From Methanobacteriota archaeon (GTDB lineage: Archaea; Halobacteriota; Bog-38; Methanoflorentales; Methanoflorentaceae), in NCBI GenBank assembly GCA_963719035.1, contig CAVRAO010000002.1, forward strand, positions 480,001 to 544,000: 64,000 nucleotides of DNA, in the 5' to 3' direction. How positions within the stretch are numbered: the first letter of the stretch is position 1; each line of letters begins with the position of its first letter. The position numbers and the translations under genes are program-made. The notes beneath the pieces were generated by a model, which was not told where the DNA came from, made no database searches, and worked only from the letters and a program-made list of their open reading frames with translations. Shown in pieces: positions 10,543 to 21,470 of this stretch.

Positions 10543-11451
10543 ATGGGAGATAAGGTAAAGGTCCAAGAAGACTGGCTAGCTGTTTGTTCTGGTTGCGAAA
10601 TAGCCGTTCTAGATCTGCACGAAGCGCTTCTAGATGTGCTGCAAGCAATAGAGTTCGTTCGCATTCCAGTTTTAATGGATATTAAGGACTTTGATCAACA
10701 TACTACGGTCGGCATACTGACTGGTGGCATTCGCAATGAAGACAACTTGCACGTTGCTCAGAAAGTTCGCGAGACTTCAGACATCGTAGTTGCGCTCGGC
10801 AGTTGCGCGGCGTTCGGTGGCGTTCCAGGTTTGAACAACATCAACGCGATGTCGGACATCAAACAAACAGTTAAGACGTCGGCATCCACAGCCCCTGATC
10901 AAGAGATACCGACATCACCAGAGCTTCCAAAGCTCTTTGACACGCTGAGACCTGTCTCGGACGTTATCAAAGTTGACTATTTCATCCCCGGATGTCCGCC
11001 AGATGCGTTCCTAATCGCGGAGGTGCTTACCGCGCTTCTAAAGGGCGAAGAACCTCAATTAAGCAATAAAAACGTTTGTGAGGACTGTCCCCGAGAGAGG
11101 AAGGAGAAGAGGATAACCGATATCAAGCGGCCCATTGAAGCAAACGGTGAAGGTAACGAATGTCTGCTTAACCAAGGATTCATGTGCATGGGGCCCGCAA
11201 CGCGCAGCGGGTGCGGCGCGCAATGTCCACAAGTCAATGCGACGTGTACCGGCTGCTACGGACCAACAGCATCTTCATATGAACAGGGTGCGGCGATGCT
11301 TAACGTAGTCGCATCAGCATACGGTTTAGATGATGATGATTCAGTCGACTTAAACGAGATGAATAAGGACGTCTATGATCCAATAGGCACCTTCTATCGA
11401 TATACGCTGCCTGTTTCACTTATTAAGGCGAAGGTCACCGAAAAGAGGTAA
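10543..11451 (+). CDS. mvhG: F420-non-reducing [NiFe] hydrogenase small subunit
   Basis: CSGCEIA, GSCAAFGGVPGL, PGCPP, CMGPATRSGCGAQCP, CTGCYGP. Confidence 0.93.
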   Translation: MGDKVKVQEDWLAVCSGCEIAVLDLHEALLDVLQAIEFVRIPVLMDIKDFDQHTTVGILTGGIRNEDNLHVAQKVRETSDIVVALGSCAAFGGVPGLNNINAMSDIKQTVKTSASTAPDQEIPTSPELPKLFDTLRPVSDVIKVDYFIPGCPPDAFLIAEVLTALLKGEEPQLSNKNVCEDCPRERKEKRITDIKRPIEANGEGNECLLNQGFMCMGPATRSGCGAQCPQVNATCTGCYGPTASSYEQGAAMLNVVASAYGLDDDDSVDLNEMNKDVYDPIGTFYRYTLPVSLIKAKVTEKR

Positions 11452-12872
11452 TGAATATGGGAAAGAAAATCACTGTCGAACCCGTGTCGAGGGTCGAAGG
11501 TCACGCAAAAATTACAGTAAACCTTAACGACGCAGGACAGGTAGACGATGCACACGTGCACGTTATCGAGATGCGTGGCTTTGAAAAACTCCTACAAGGG
11601 AGGCCTATAGAAGACGCTCAGAGAATCGTGACGGCCATTTGTGGCATATGTCCTGTCAGCCATCACCTCGCTTCAGCGAAAGCGGCTGACAACACCTTTG
11701 GCGTTGAGATCCCACGTCCCGCTGCATTGCTCCGAGAGCTTATGCACATGGGACAGATGATTCACAGCCACACGCTGCACTTCTTTTACCTTGCGGCGCC
11801 AGACCTCATATTTACGCCCGACGGCGATCCAAAGAAGCGGAATGTCTTTGGTGTGATTGAGGCAAACCCTGAGCTTGCGACACAAGCAGTCCTCAATAGA
11901 AAACGAGGCCAAGAGATGATACGGGCTATTGGCGGAAGGGCTGCACCTATCACCGCAAAGCCTGGGGGACTCACTAAGGGGATCACCGAGGAACAGCGTC
12001 AGAAAATGCTCAAGGACGCCCAGGACTCGATTGAATTCACAAAGCTAGGCTTAGAAGTGGCTTCTCCAATATTCGAGCAATATATGGATGTCATAAAGAT
12101 GCTCGGAGTCGTCGAGACCCCCATGATGGGCTTAGTCAAGGACGGAAACCTCGAGATGTACGACGGAACGCTGCGTATGATGGATACCGACGGGTCGATC
12201 ATAAAGGAGTTTGATCCCACCAAATACGCGGACTACATTCAGGAGAATTATCAAGAATGGTCGTACCTGAAATTCCCGTATTGGAAGGAGAAGGGCTGGC
12301 CTGATGGCATCTATCGCGTTGCGCCCCTGGCCCGTATAAACGTGTGTGACAAGATTTCAACACCGCTAGCCAACGATATGCTCACAGACTTTAGAGCCGC
12401 TTTTGGAAGGATGCCACAGCAGACGTTACTATATCACTACGCAAGGCTTATTGAGCTGATGTACGCCAGCGAACGTGCTGTTGAACTCCTAAACGATCCA
12501 GATATAACCAGCACAGACGTTTGGGCAAAGCCCGAAGTGCGAGCGGCGACAGGCGTTGGTGTTCTTGAAGCACCGAGAGGGACGCTCATACACCAGTACA
12601 GCACAGACGATGAGGGCATCATAACGAATGCCAACATGATCGTTTCGACCGGTCACAACCAAGGAGCGATGGATCTAGGTGTTCGTGAGGCCGCAAAAGT
12701 CCTAATAAAGGACGGCGAACCATCGGAGGGCATGCTCAATCGGCTTGAAATGGTCATCCGTGCTTACGACCCGTGCTTCTCGTGTGCAACCCACACGATT
12801 GACGGACGCTGGCCAGTCAAACTTGAACTTGTGGGACCCGACGGAAGAAAGAGAACGTACACCAACTACTAG
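11451..12872 (+). CDS. mvhA: F420-non-reducing [NiFe] hydrogenase large subunit
   Basis: RVEGHAK, ICGICPVSHH, EAPRGTLIH, RAYDPCFSCATH plus a C-terminal extension. Confidence 0.95.
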   Translation: MNMGKKITVEPVSRVEGHAKITVNLNDAGQVDDAHVHVIEMRGFEKLLQGRPIEDAQRIVTAICGICPVSHHLASAKAADNTFGVEIPRPAALLRELMHMGQMIHSHTLHFFYLAAPDLIFTPDGDPKKRNVFGVIEANPELATQAVLNRKRGQEMIRAIGGRAAPITAKPGGLTKGITEEQRQKMLKDAQDSIEFTKLGLEVASPIFEQYMDVIKMLGVVETPMMGLVKDGNLEMYDGTLRMMDTDGSIIKEFDPTKYADYIQENYQEWSYLKFPYWKEKGWPDGIYRVAPLARINVCDKISTPLANDMLTDFRAAFGRMPQQTLLYHYARLIELMYASERAVELLNDPDITSTDVWAKPEVRAATGVGVLEAPRGTLIHQYSTDDEGIITNANMIVSTGHNQGAMDLGVREAAKVLIKDGEPSEGMLNRLEMVIRAYDPCFSCATHTIDGRWPVKLELVGPDGRKRTYTNY

Positions 12873-12886
12873 GTAAGATTAGAACT

Positions 12887-12931
12887 GATAAGGCATTTTT
12901 GCCTTATCTCCCCCTTCTTTTTTGTTTTTTC
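12887..12931 (+). terminator. Hairpin plus T-tracts after mvhA
   Basis: GATAAGGC-ATTTTT-GCCTTATC followed by TTCTTTTTTGTTTTTT. Confidence 0.65.
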
Positions 12932-12964
12932 TCGTCTTTCGCTTTTAATAAAACATAGCCAAAG

Positions 12965-13945
12965 CTATCTGCAAGCGACGGCGCCGATACCCATAATGGT
13001 ATCCTGAGCGAAATCCCACACAACGACCGTTTCTGCGTTGTTCGTTATCTCAAGCTTCCTTGTTCCAGTAATTTCGCCAATTTTGGCCGCGGCAATGCCG
13101 GCTTCCTCGAAGATGGCCACTACCTTGCGCACGTTCTCTGGTTGAGCTGTCACTACAAATCCCATTCCTGGGTACATGCGGAGCCACAGGTGCATATCCA
13201 TGCCGTCGGGGATCGGAATTTGATCAAGTTGAATTAAAGCGCCTTTTTCGGAGACTTCGAGCAGCATAGCTAGTGTCCCGAGCAAACCCGGATTGCTGAT
13301 GTCCTTGCCTGCTGTCGCTAAGTGTTGTTGCGCCAGGTGAGGCATGGTTTCCAACTGTCTGCGGAGGATTTCAGAATGTTTCATCGAGGTAGTATCCCAA
13401 CACAGACTACACGAGGGATGAACGCGACCATCCAAGTCAACGGCAGCAATGACGTCGTGTCCTTCCTGAGCGGTGCAGCTATAAATGAGCGAGTCGGTCT
13501 TTGCTGTTCCGATAATAGCAACGTCGAGTGCGTTGTAACTCGTATCGGGGTGCACATGCCCGCCAACGACTGGCACGCCGAATTTTCTTATCGCTTCGCT
13601 CATCCCCGCCAAGACTCGATTACAGACTTCGGTCGAATTCGCCGAGAATACGTCGACCATTGCAAGCGGGGTGCCCCCCATCGCCAAAATATCGTGAATG
13701 TTCACGAGCACGGCGCAGTAGCCCGCCCATTCGGGATCTGCATCCATAAGCCTTGACCAAATACCGTCAGCAGCTAACAAGAGCGACTCATCGCCGCGTT
13801 TGATTACAGCTGCATCCTCCCCGAAATTGCCTGTACTAAGATCCTCATCGAACCATTTCACGAGCGGACCTATTGCGCGCTTCCGTGCGACGCCTTCAAA
13901 ATCACGAAGCGACTGCGCCAGTTCGTCCAGTTTCATATCGTTCAC
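12965..13945 (-). CDS. Methanogenesis marker 2 protein (AIR synthase/PurM-like family)
   Basis: FGEDAAVI, LLAADGIW, LVNIHDILAMGG, KDISNPG. Confidence 0.88.
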   Translation of the reverse strand: MNDMKLDELAQSLRDFEGVARKRAIGPLVKWFDEDLSTGNFGEDAAVIKRGDESLLLAADGIWSRLMDADPEWAGYCAVLVNIHDILAMGGTPLAMVDVFSANSTEVCNRVLAGMSEAIRKFGVPVVGGHVHPDTSYNALDVAIIGTAKTDSLIYSCTAQEGHDVIAAVDLDGRVHPSCSLCWDTTSMKHSEILRRQLETMPHLAQQHLATAGKDISNPGLLGTLAMLLEVSEKGALIQLDQIPIPDGMDMHLWLRMYPGMGFVVTAQPENVRKVVAIFEEAGIAAAKIGEITGTRKLEITNNAETVVVWDFAQDTIMGIGAVACR

Positions 13946-14018
13946 AAAACATTAATAGACATAGGGGGTTCTTATATCCTTATACCGCTTTATCTCCTGA
14001 TTTCTGCGCTCAATTTCT

Positions 14019-15782
14019 ATGGACTTAGTCGAAAAATACCGTCCGCGCACTCTTTCAGAAGTAAGAGGCAACCGCAAAGCTTTGGAAGAGCTGCGCAAAT
14101 GGGCATTAAACTGGCCGTCTGACAAATCAGCAGCGTTGCTGTACGGCAGGCCTGGCACAGGTAAGACCTCTGCTGCCATCGCCCTGGCAAATGACATGGG
14201 ATGGCAGTTACTGGAGCTCAATGCGAGCGACAAGCGGACGCAAGGAATGGTCACAGAAACGGCAGGAGAAGCGTCAAAAAACGCATCGCTTCTCCATGCA
14301 AAGAAACTGATACTCCTTGATGAGATTGATAACCTGCACGGTACTTCTGACCGTGGCGGCGCAAAGGCGGTCACCGAACTGGTCAAAAAAACACGCGAAC
14401 CGGTAATCCTGACAGCGAACGATCTCTACGGCGTCTCATCGACGCTGCGCCGATACTGCACACAAATTCCCTTTTTCGCCATCAAAGAGGAAAGCGCACA
14501 AAAAGCACTTCTAGATATTTGGTATAACGAAAAAAGAGAAGCGCTCCGTGCCCAAGAAGCTGTTGCTGACCTGATGGGTCACCTCGAGGAGCCAGAGCAG
14601 ATTCGAAACAATGCAGCTAAGCTCGCGGTAATTAGAGCTTATCTTGAGCTTCTCGCGCAACTTAGCGCTGACCTCAAAGTCCTTGAGAAGATTTCCGACG
14701 CTAAGGATGCCGTTTCTAACCTGATAACCCACCTTGAAGAGGCACAACATGCCCCAAACGATGCAATTGGGCTGAAGGCCATCAGCGCTGATTTAAATGT
14801 ACTAACAGACTTTTTTTTTGAGCTCGGAATACTGCGAGAGGCGGTCTCGGACGTTAGTCACTCGTTAGACACAGTCAATCTGCCCTCGATCGAACTAATC
14901 GTGAAGAACTCTAAAGGTGATCTGCGATCAGCAATCAACGACTTTCAAGCTTTCATCGGCGGAGCCACTGGAGAGACCGCAGCCCGTGATCGAGCTGAGT
15001 CCACGTTTAACCTGATGAGAAGCGTCTTTAGTGATCGGGACGCTAAAATGCCGCTCATCATCTCATATGCAGTCGATGAAACCCCAGAAGACCTTGTTCA
15101 CTGGATAGACGAAAACCTTCCACGCGCGTTAAAAGGGAAGGGACTAGCGCGCGCATTTCAGGTCTTAAGCAAGGCTGACATATATCTCGGACGAACCAGA
15201 AAGCGGCAAAACTACGGCCTATGGAAATATGCTAATGAACTCATGACCTCAGGCGTAAACGTAGCTGCTCGCACAAACCACGACCAAAGCACTACTGCAG
15301 CTAAATATTCGCCCCCTACCCATTGGATGCGTCTCGGACAAACACGCTCCAAACGTGGTTTGCGGGACGGCGTCGCGTCAAAAATTGCCTCCACAAACCA
15401 CATCTCTGTCACTCGGGCACGAGAAGAAATTCTTCCACTGTACAGAGAGCATGCGCTAAGAGATCCAGCTAAGATAACTGCAGCACTAAGTCTTAATGCT
15501 GACGAGCTTTCGTTCTTGATGGATGTCAAAAAAGACGCCGCTGCTGTAAAAAAGGGACTTAAAGATGCGGAACAACTAATCAGCGAAAGCATGCTCAGAG
15601 ATGGGCAAATCTCGAAGCATCGCTTTACACATTCCGACGCACCACAGCCCTCGTCTGAGAATCACACCGATTCAGCGTCTAAGCCGCGAATCCAGCATGG
15701 TAGTCAACAGGTCGCGGGTGACAGCAGCGAAAATCGAAGAAATGGCCCACATCACGGCCAAAAACACCTTGACGAGTTCTAA
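14019..15782 (+). CDS. rfcL: Replication factor C large subunit with an internal insertion
   Basis: VEKYRP, GRPGTGKT, ELNASD, LDEID, GDLRSAIND, WIDENLP. Confidence 0.93.
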   Translation: MDLVEKYRPRTLSEVRGNRKALEELRKWALNWPSDKSAALLYGRPGTGKTSAAIALANDMGWQLLELNASDKRTQGMVTETAGEASKNASLLHAKKLILLDEIDNLHGTSDRGGAKAVTELVKKTREPVILTANDLYGVSSTLRRYCTQIPFFAIKEESAQKALLDIWYNEKREALRAQEAVADLMGHLEEPEQIRNNAAKLAVIRAYLELLAQLSADLKVLEKISDAKDAVSNLITHLEEAQHAPNDAIGLKAISADLNVLTDFFFELGILREAVSDVSHSLDTVNLPSIELIVKNSKGDLRSAINDFQAFIGGATGETAARDRAESTFNLMRSVFSDRDAKMPLIISYAVDETPEDLVHWIDENLPRALKGKGLARAFQVLSKADIYLGRTRKRQNYGLWKYANELMTSGVNVAARTNHDQSTTAAKYSPPTHWMRLGQTRSKRGLRDGVASKIASTNHISVTRAREEILPLYREHALRDPAKITAALSLNADELSFLMDVKKDAAAVKKGLKDAEQLISESMLRDGQISKHRFTHSDAPQPSSENHTDSASKPRIQHGSQQVAGDSSENRRNGPHHGQKHLDEF

Positions 15783-16618
15783 GCACGACCGCTGGTAGTG
15801 CTCCCTGCCATTCGCTCGTTAAATCGCTTTAAAACCTGCACCATCACGCTATTTTGTAAAACTGCTTCTTGAATATGCTTCTGCGCACGTTTTTTAGCGT
15901 AAGCGTCCTCAACGAACTCTATGCCCGCATATTCTACGCGTGTAAGTATGAGTCCTGAAGCCGGCGCTGATCGGATCCCTTCAATGTGCATTTTTGGGTT
16001 CAACATGTTGCCAAACCACTCTGCGCTTTGTTTTCCATTTCCCACGAGCGTCAGGGCACTTACTAGTTTTCTCATCATGTTCCACACGAAACTGTCAGCC
16101 GCAACCTTGATCACAACACAGCCACCCGATACCCGAACATCAGACGAGAGGACCGTTCTGACAGCAGAGCGACGCTTATCCTGACTGAAATTTTGAAAAT
16201 CATGGACTCCGACTAAGAGATCAGAGGCTTCCCGCATTGCACTCACGTTGAACGGTCCATCGCACAAGAAATATTGATACTCACGCAAAACAGCATCACG
16301 TCGGGCATCGAACGTCTGAGATACGTCAGCCCGTGCCCACATCCAGATCTCATCCGGTAGGTGAGTGTTGATCAGACGAGGAACTGCTCGGCCGCGAGCT
16401 TCAGTTTCAAACGCTATGACTGCGTCAAGAGCGTGAACCCCTTTATCAGTTCTACCAGAGGCTGTAAAATGAGCGTCATCGATCTCTTCGATCAAATGCG
16501 CACCGCGCAGTGCTTCGACTACTGCCGCCTGTACTGTTGGTAGGCTTGGTTGCACTTGAAAACCGACATACTGAGTCCCAAGGTACGCAAGCCTCAGGGC
16601 AACTTTTGACTTTTCCAT
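15779..16618 (-). CDS. truA: tRNA pseudouridine(38-40) synthase
   Basis: AYLGTQYVGFQVQP, SGRTDKGVHA, HDFQNFS. Confidence 0.95.
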   Translation of the reverse strand: MEKSKVALRLAYLGTQYVGFQVQPSLPTVQAAVVEALRGAHLIEEIDDAHFTASGRTDKGVHALDAVIAFETEARGRAVPRLINTHLPDEIWMWARADVSQTFDARRDAVLREYQYFLCDGPFNVSAMREASDLLVGVHDFQNFSQDKRRSAVRTVLSSDVRVSGGCVVIKVAADSFVWNMMRKLVSALTLVGNGKQSAEWFGNMLNPKMHIEGIRSAPASGLILTRVEYAGIEFVEDAYAKKRAQKHIQEAVLQNSVMVQVLKRFNERMAGSTTSGRA

Positions 16619-16863
16619 AGATCACTTCAGTTTATAGGGTATTCATGCCGCTTTAAAGCTTTCAACAATTGCACAGAACCATCCAAACAAAGTATCCTTT
16701 GCGGCCCTTACCTTTAGGCCGGTCAATTCAGTAGAGTCCGTGCGTTTCGACCGCACAAAAGCTGCACTAAACATAACAATTTATTTACCGGATACTCGTG
16801 ATTAGCATAAAAGGGCAGTCCATCAGGAGTTCACCCTGAGCTGCTTCTGCACGGGCAGAAAAA

Positions 16864-17943
16864 ATGACGAAGGCGATCCTAGGGTTTGAAAATGGCGTCG
16901 GGATAGTAGGAAAACATTTTGGCGCCAAGCATGCCATAACGGGCGAGCTTGTTTTTGCTACCCCCTATACCGGATACGTCGAAGCGTTAACCGACCCTTC
17001 TTACAACGGTCAAATCTTGCTTTTTACCTACCCGCTGGTCGGCAACTACGGCGTAAGTTACGATGACTGCCAATCAGACCGTATCCAAGCTGAAGGATTT
17101 GTCATCAGAGAGCTATGTGAGCACCCCACCAACGATAAAACGCTTGACGGGTTTCTCAAGGTCCATAATATTCCGGGGATATGGGATATCGATACCCGAA
17201 TGATCACTATTATGATTCGTGACGAAGGTGCGATGCGGGCAAGCCTATTGCCATCTACCAGAGGCAGCGACGCCGATGTAAAAAGGGCGATTGACCTTGC
17301 GCGCAATGCACCCTATATATCTCATCTTGACCTCCTGTCAGAGGTTACCTGCAAAGAGGCTTACCACATTCCGGGCAAAGGGAAACGTTTCGTGCTCATG
17401 GACTTTGGTGTCAAGCGAAACACACTAAACAATCTTAAGCGTCGAGACGTTGACCTCATCGTCGTGCCTGCTGATACGCGAGCACAACAAGTGGCAGACT
17501 ACAAACCTGATGCTATACTGCTCTCCAACGGTCCCGGCGATCCTACGCAAGCTAAAAATGGGATTAACGTAGTGCGTGAACTCGCCGGACAGCTACCAAT
17601 TTTCGGAATATGTCTTGGACATCAACTTATAGCTCTCGCACTTGGTGGAGAGACTTTTAAGCTTAAATTTGGACATAGGGGCGCAAATCAACCCGTTTTG
17701 GACCTCCAAACGCAGCGTGTATACATTACCGCACAAAACCACGGATACGCCGTCAAATACGAAGAGGGGGGAGAAATGACAGTAACGCAAGTGAACGCTA
17801 ACGACAACACTGTTGAAGGTATTCGTAACGAATACCTGCAGATCATGAGCGTGCAATATCATCCAGAAGCTTCTCCCGGCCCACATGACCTTGAAAAAAC
17901 ATTTTTCGACCACATCACAGGAGCCGCTCGCGATTCGTTGTAA
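16864..17943 (+). CDS. carA: Carbamoyl-phosphate synthase small subunit
   Basis: LTDPSY, LSNGPGDP, GICLGHQ, VQYHPEASPGP. Confidence 0.97.
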   Translation: MTKAILGFENGVGIVGKHFGAKHAITGELVFATPYTGYVEALTDPSYNGQILLFTYPLVGNYGVSYDDCQSDRIQAEGFVIRELCEHPTNDKTLDGFLKVHNIPGIWDIDTRMITIMIRDEGAMRASLLPSTRGSDADVKRAIDLARNAPYISHLDLLSEVTCKEAYHIPGKGKRFVLMDFGVKRNTLNNLKRRDVDLIVVPADTRAQQVADYKPDAILLSNGPGDPTQAKNGINVVRELAGQLPIFGICLGHQLIALALGGETFKLKFGHRGANQPVLDLQTQRVYITAQNHGYAVKYEEGGEMTVTQVNANDNTVEGIRNEYLQIMSVQYHPEASPGPHDLEKTFFDHITGAARDSL

Positions 17944-17975
17944 CGGCGCCTACTCATATTGAGCACTCACAAATC

Positions 17976-20900
17976 ATGCCCAAAAGAGCAGACATAGAAA
18001 AGGTGTTGCTCATTGGTTCTGGTCCAATCGTAATCGGGCAAGCAGCAGAGTTCGATTTCAGCGGGAGCCAGGCGTGTACTTCCCTTCGTGAAGAAGGCGT
18101 AAAGGTTGCATTGGTCAACTCAAATCCAGCGACGATTATGACAGATCCGAACATGGCAGATGCAGTGTACATCGAACCACTTAAACCTGACATTGTTGCT
18201 GCTATCGTTAAAAAAGAGCAGCCTGACGGGATCATCGCAGGTCTTGGAGGCCAAACGGGCCTCAATATTACAGCCGAGTTGGCAGAGATGGGTGTTTTAG
18301 CTGAAAACGGCGTTGAACCCCTTGGAACGCCACTCGAAACCATCTATATGGCTGAGGATAGGGAAAAGTTCCGAAAAACGATGGAAGACATCGGAGAAGG
18401 GGTTCCAAGAAGCTACGCGGTATACGATTCGAACGACTACCAATGGTTGGCTAGCGAACTGGGGTTGCCGGTAATAGTCCGGTCAGCGTACACGCTCGGA
18501 GGTGGGGGAAGCGGCATAGCCAGAACTGAAGCTCAATTGAAGGCCATAATCGAGGGGGGGATAAAAAAATCACGCATCGGTCAAGTTCTCGTCGAAGAAA
18601 GCGTCCTCGGATGGAAAGAATTTGAGTATGAGGTGATGCGTGATTCAGGAGACACCTGTATTACGATTTGTAATATGGAAAACATCGATCCTATGGGCGT
18701 ACATACGGGCGAGTCGATCGTCGTGACGCCTTCTCAAACCCTGTCTGACGTTGAGCATCAGATGTTGCGAAGCGCTTCAATACGTATCATTAGAGCGCTC
18801 AAAATAGAAGGTGGTTGCAATATACAGTTCGCTTTCAAAGATGGGGAATACCGCGTTATAGAAGTGAATCCACGAGTCTCTCGTTCATCTGCGCTTGCGT
18901 CAAAAGCGACAGGGTACCCGATCGCGCGCGTTTCAGCAAAGATTGCTATCGGGATGCATTTAATCGAAATCCCGAACCGGGTTACCAACGAAACGCCTGC
19001 CGCGTTTGAGCCGACTATCGATTACACGGTCATCAAGATACCACGATGGCCTTTTGACAAGTTTACCAGCGCGGATAATACCTTGGGAACAGCGATGAAG
19101 AGCACCGGCGAAGTGATGGCAATTGGTCGAACGCTCGAAGAGTCGCTCCAGAAAGCTATCCGGTCGCTCGATTTGGACATAGCGGTTTCCTTTTCTAAAG
19201 ATCCCATTGACTTAGTATCCATCCCGACGGACAAGCGCCTATTTCAAATCTATAGCGCGCTCAAGAATGGACACACTATCGCGGAAATAGCACGACGCAC
19301 AAGTATTGATCCCTTTTTTATAAGAAAGATCCTGAATATCGTCGATTTCGAGACGCACCTCAAAGCAAATTACAGAAACGGTAAGACCAAGAAGATGAGC
19401 GCTGACGATTTGCGACGCGGAAAGCGTCTCGGATTTACTGATGAGCAAATTGCCGAACTGACCGGCTTTACCCGTGAGAATATCACTGATCTTAAACACC
19501 AGAAGACGAACGACGTAACGGTAACGTACAAAATGGTTGACACATGTGCGGCTGAATTTAAAGCGCAGACTCCGTACTACTACTCGACTTACGAACAGCA
19601 GAACGAGATCGTCCCTACAGATAAAACGAAGGTGCTTATCGTCGGGGCTGGCCCCATCAGGATAGGACAAGGAATTGAATTTGATTATTGCACCGTTCAC
19701 GCGGTACTCTCGCTACGAGAAGAAGGCATAGAAGCGCACATCATAAACAACAATCCTGAGACGGTTTCGACGGACTATGACACGTCAGACAAGCTCTTCT
19801 TTGAACCACTGACGCTGGAAGACGTAATGAATGTCATTGAACAAGAGAAACCGCAAGGCGTTCTCGTGCAATTCGGTGGCCAAACTTCCGTAAACCTCGC
19901 AATCCCTCTTGAAAGAGAAATAAAACGCAGAGGCCTTTCGACCAGAATCTTGGGCACGTCCCCTGATTCTATCGACATCGCAGAGGACCGAGATCGGTTT
20001 TCACGGCTGTTAAAGCAGCTTGCTATACCACAACCAGAAAGCGGTTCTGCGACGTCACGCGAAGATGCAATCCGAATAGCACGAGAGATCGGTTTTCCGC
20101 TACTGGTCCGGCCTTCATACGTCCTCGGCGGTCGTGCTATGGAGATCGTTTACGATGAGTCCGAGTTAGACCGTTATATTGAGGAAGCAGTGAAGGTATC
20201 AAGACAACACCCCGTGTTGATTGATAGATTCTTACAACACGCTGTCGAGGTTGATATCGACGCAGTTAGCGACGGAGATCAAGTTCTTGTACCGGCTATA
20301 ATGGAGCATATCGAAGAGGCAGGGATTCATTCTGGTGACTCCGCTGTCGTCATTCCTGCTCAATCAATTGATGATAAGACTCAAGAAATCATCAAGGATT
20401 ACGTCACGAAGATCGCAAAGGCGTTGAACGTCGTAGGGCTCATCAACCTTCAAATGGCAATAAAAGATGGTACGGTCTATGTTCTTGAGGCCAATCCACG
20501 CTCGAGCAGGACAATCCCATACGTATCAAAAGCTACGGGCCTGCCGCTTGCAAAGATCGCTGCCAAAGTGATCGTGGGACACAGCTTACGTGACCTTTGT
20601 CCTACCGAGCCAAAGATGAAGCACGTCGCTGTTAAAGAGGTTGTGCTCCCATTTGAAAAGCTGCCCGGTGTCGATCCAATATTAGGTCCTGAAATGAAGA
20701 GCACGGGAGAAGTCATGGGCATAGACTACGACTTTGGGAGGGCATTCTACAAGGCAGCCCTTGCAAGTGATAACGAGCTACCGCTTTCAGGCACGGTCTT
20801 TGTTTCAGTTAGGGATGAAGATAAACCAGATCTCTGTAGCATTGCAAAATCGTTGTACAAAGCCGGATTAAAATTATTAGCAACTCAAGGAACGGCGAAC

Positions 20901-21218
20901 TATCTGAAGGAACATGACGTTAAGGTTGAAAGAGTGCCCAAACTCACCGACAGCCCTGAACTTCTGGAAATGATGCGCAGCAACGGGATACAATTGATAA
21001 TCAACACCCCGACGTGGAAACAATCACGACTTGACGGAGAAGTACTACGACGTGCAGCTGTTGATTATAGTGTGCCGTACATTACAAGCGTACAAGGAGC
21101 TCGGGCATCAGCCGACGCTATTCACACCATGCTTGAACACTACGACAAACCCAGAGCTCAGAATCTCACAATAAGACCAATAAACGACTATATCAGCGAT
21201 TTATGGCCTCAGACGTAA
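17976..21218 (+). CDS. carB: Carbamoyl-phosphate synthase large subunit
   Basis: GSGPIVIGQAAEFDFSG, duplicated ATP-grasp halves, MGS-like C-terminus. Confidence 0.98.
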   Translation: MPKRADIEKVLLIGSGPIVIGQAAEFDFSGSQACTSLREEGVKVALVNSNPATIMTDPNMADAVYIEPLKPDIVAAIVKKEQPDGIIAGLGGQTGLNITAELAEMGVLAENGVEPLGTPLETIYMAEDREKFRKTMEDIGEGVPRSYAVYDSNDYQWLASELGLPVIVRSAYTLGGGGSGIARTEAQLKAIIEGGIKKSRIGQVLVEESVLGWKEFEYEVMRDSGDTCITICNMENIDPMGVHTGESIVVTPSQTLSDVEHQMLRSASIRIIRALKIEGGCNIQFAFKDGEYRVIEVNPRVSRSSALASKATGYPIARVSAKIAIGMHLIEIPNRVTNETPAAFEPTIDYTVIKIPRWPFDKFTSADNTLGTAMKSTGEVMAIGRTLEESLQKAIRSLDLDIAVSFSKDPIDLVSIPTDKRLFQIYSALKNGHTIAEIARRTSIDPFFIRKILNIVDFETHLKANYRNGKTKKMSADDLRRGKRLGFTDEQIAELTGFTRENITDLKHQKTNDVTVTYKMVDTCAAEFKAQTPYYYSTYEQQNEIVPTDKTKVLIVGAGPIRIGQGIEFDYCTVHAVLSLREEGIEAHIINNNPETVSTDYDTSDKLFFEPLTLEDVMNVIEQEKPQGVLVQFGGQTSVNLAIPLEREIKRRGLSTRILGTSPDSIDIAEDRDRFSRLLKQLAIPQPESGSATSREDAIRIAREIGFPLLVRPSYVLGGRAMEIVYDESELDRYIEEAVKVSRQHPVLIDRFLQHAVEVDIDAVSDGDQVLVPAIMEHIEEAGIHSGDSAVVIPAQSIDDKTQEIIKDYVTKIAKALNVVGLINLQMAIKDGTVYVLEANPRSSRTIPYVSKATGLPLAKIAAKVIVGHSLRDLCPTEPKMKHVAVKEVVLPFEKLPGVDPILGPEMKSTGEVMGIDYDFGRAFYKAALASDNELPLSGTVFVSVRDEDKPDLCSIAKSLYKAGLKLLATQGTANYLKEHDVKVERVPKLTDSPELLEMMRSNGIQLIINTPTWKQSRLDGEVLRRAAVDYSVPYITSVQGARASADAIHTMLEHYDKPRAQNLTIRPINDYISDLWPQT

Positions 21219-21470
21219 TTACAGTCTAGCGATCCAGCTGCTTTATTCGCTGCAAAGCACGGCACGACTTTTAAGAAAGTTGCTCACCTCGAGCTTGTGA
21301 GCTTTAACACGTTCAGCAATATCTAGGTACGCTAAGGCGAGATCGTCGTAGACTGTACTAACTATTTTTAGCGCGACTGTACCAAGGATTATCGTAAATG
21401 AGGCAAATTAACGGGATATAGCGCTAACGAAAACGCTTTAAGCTCGCGCGTTTTATTGTGAAGCGATATT

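Noticed and set aside
14530-14880. Intein in rfcL
   Set aside because: No splice-junction residues or LAGLIDADG motifs; the insert is helical and repetitive
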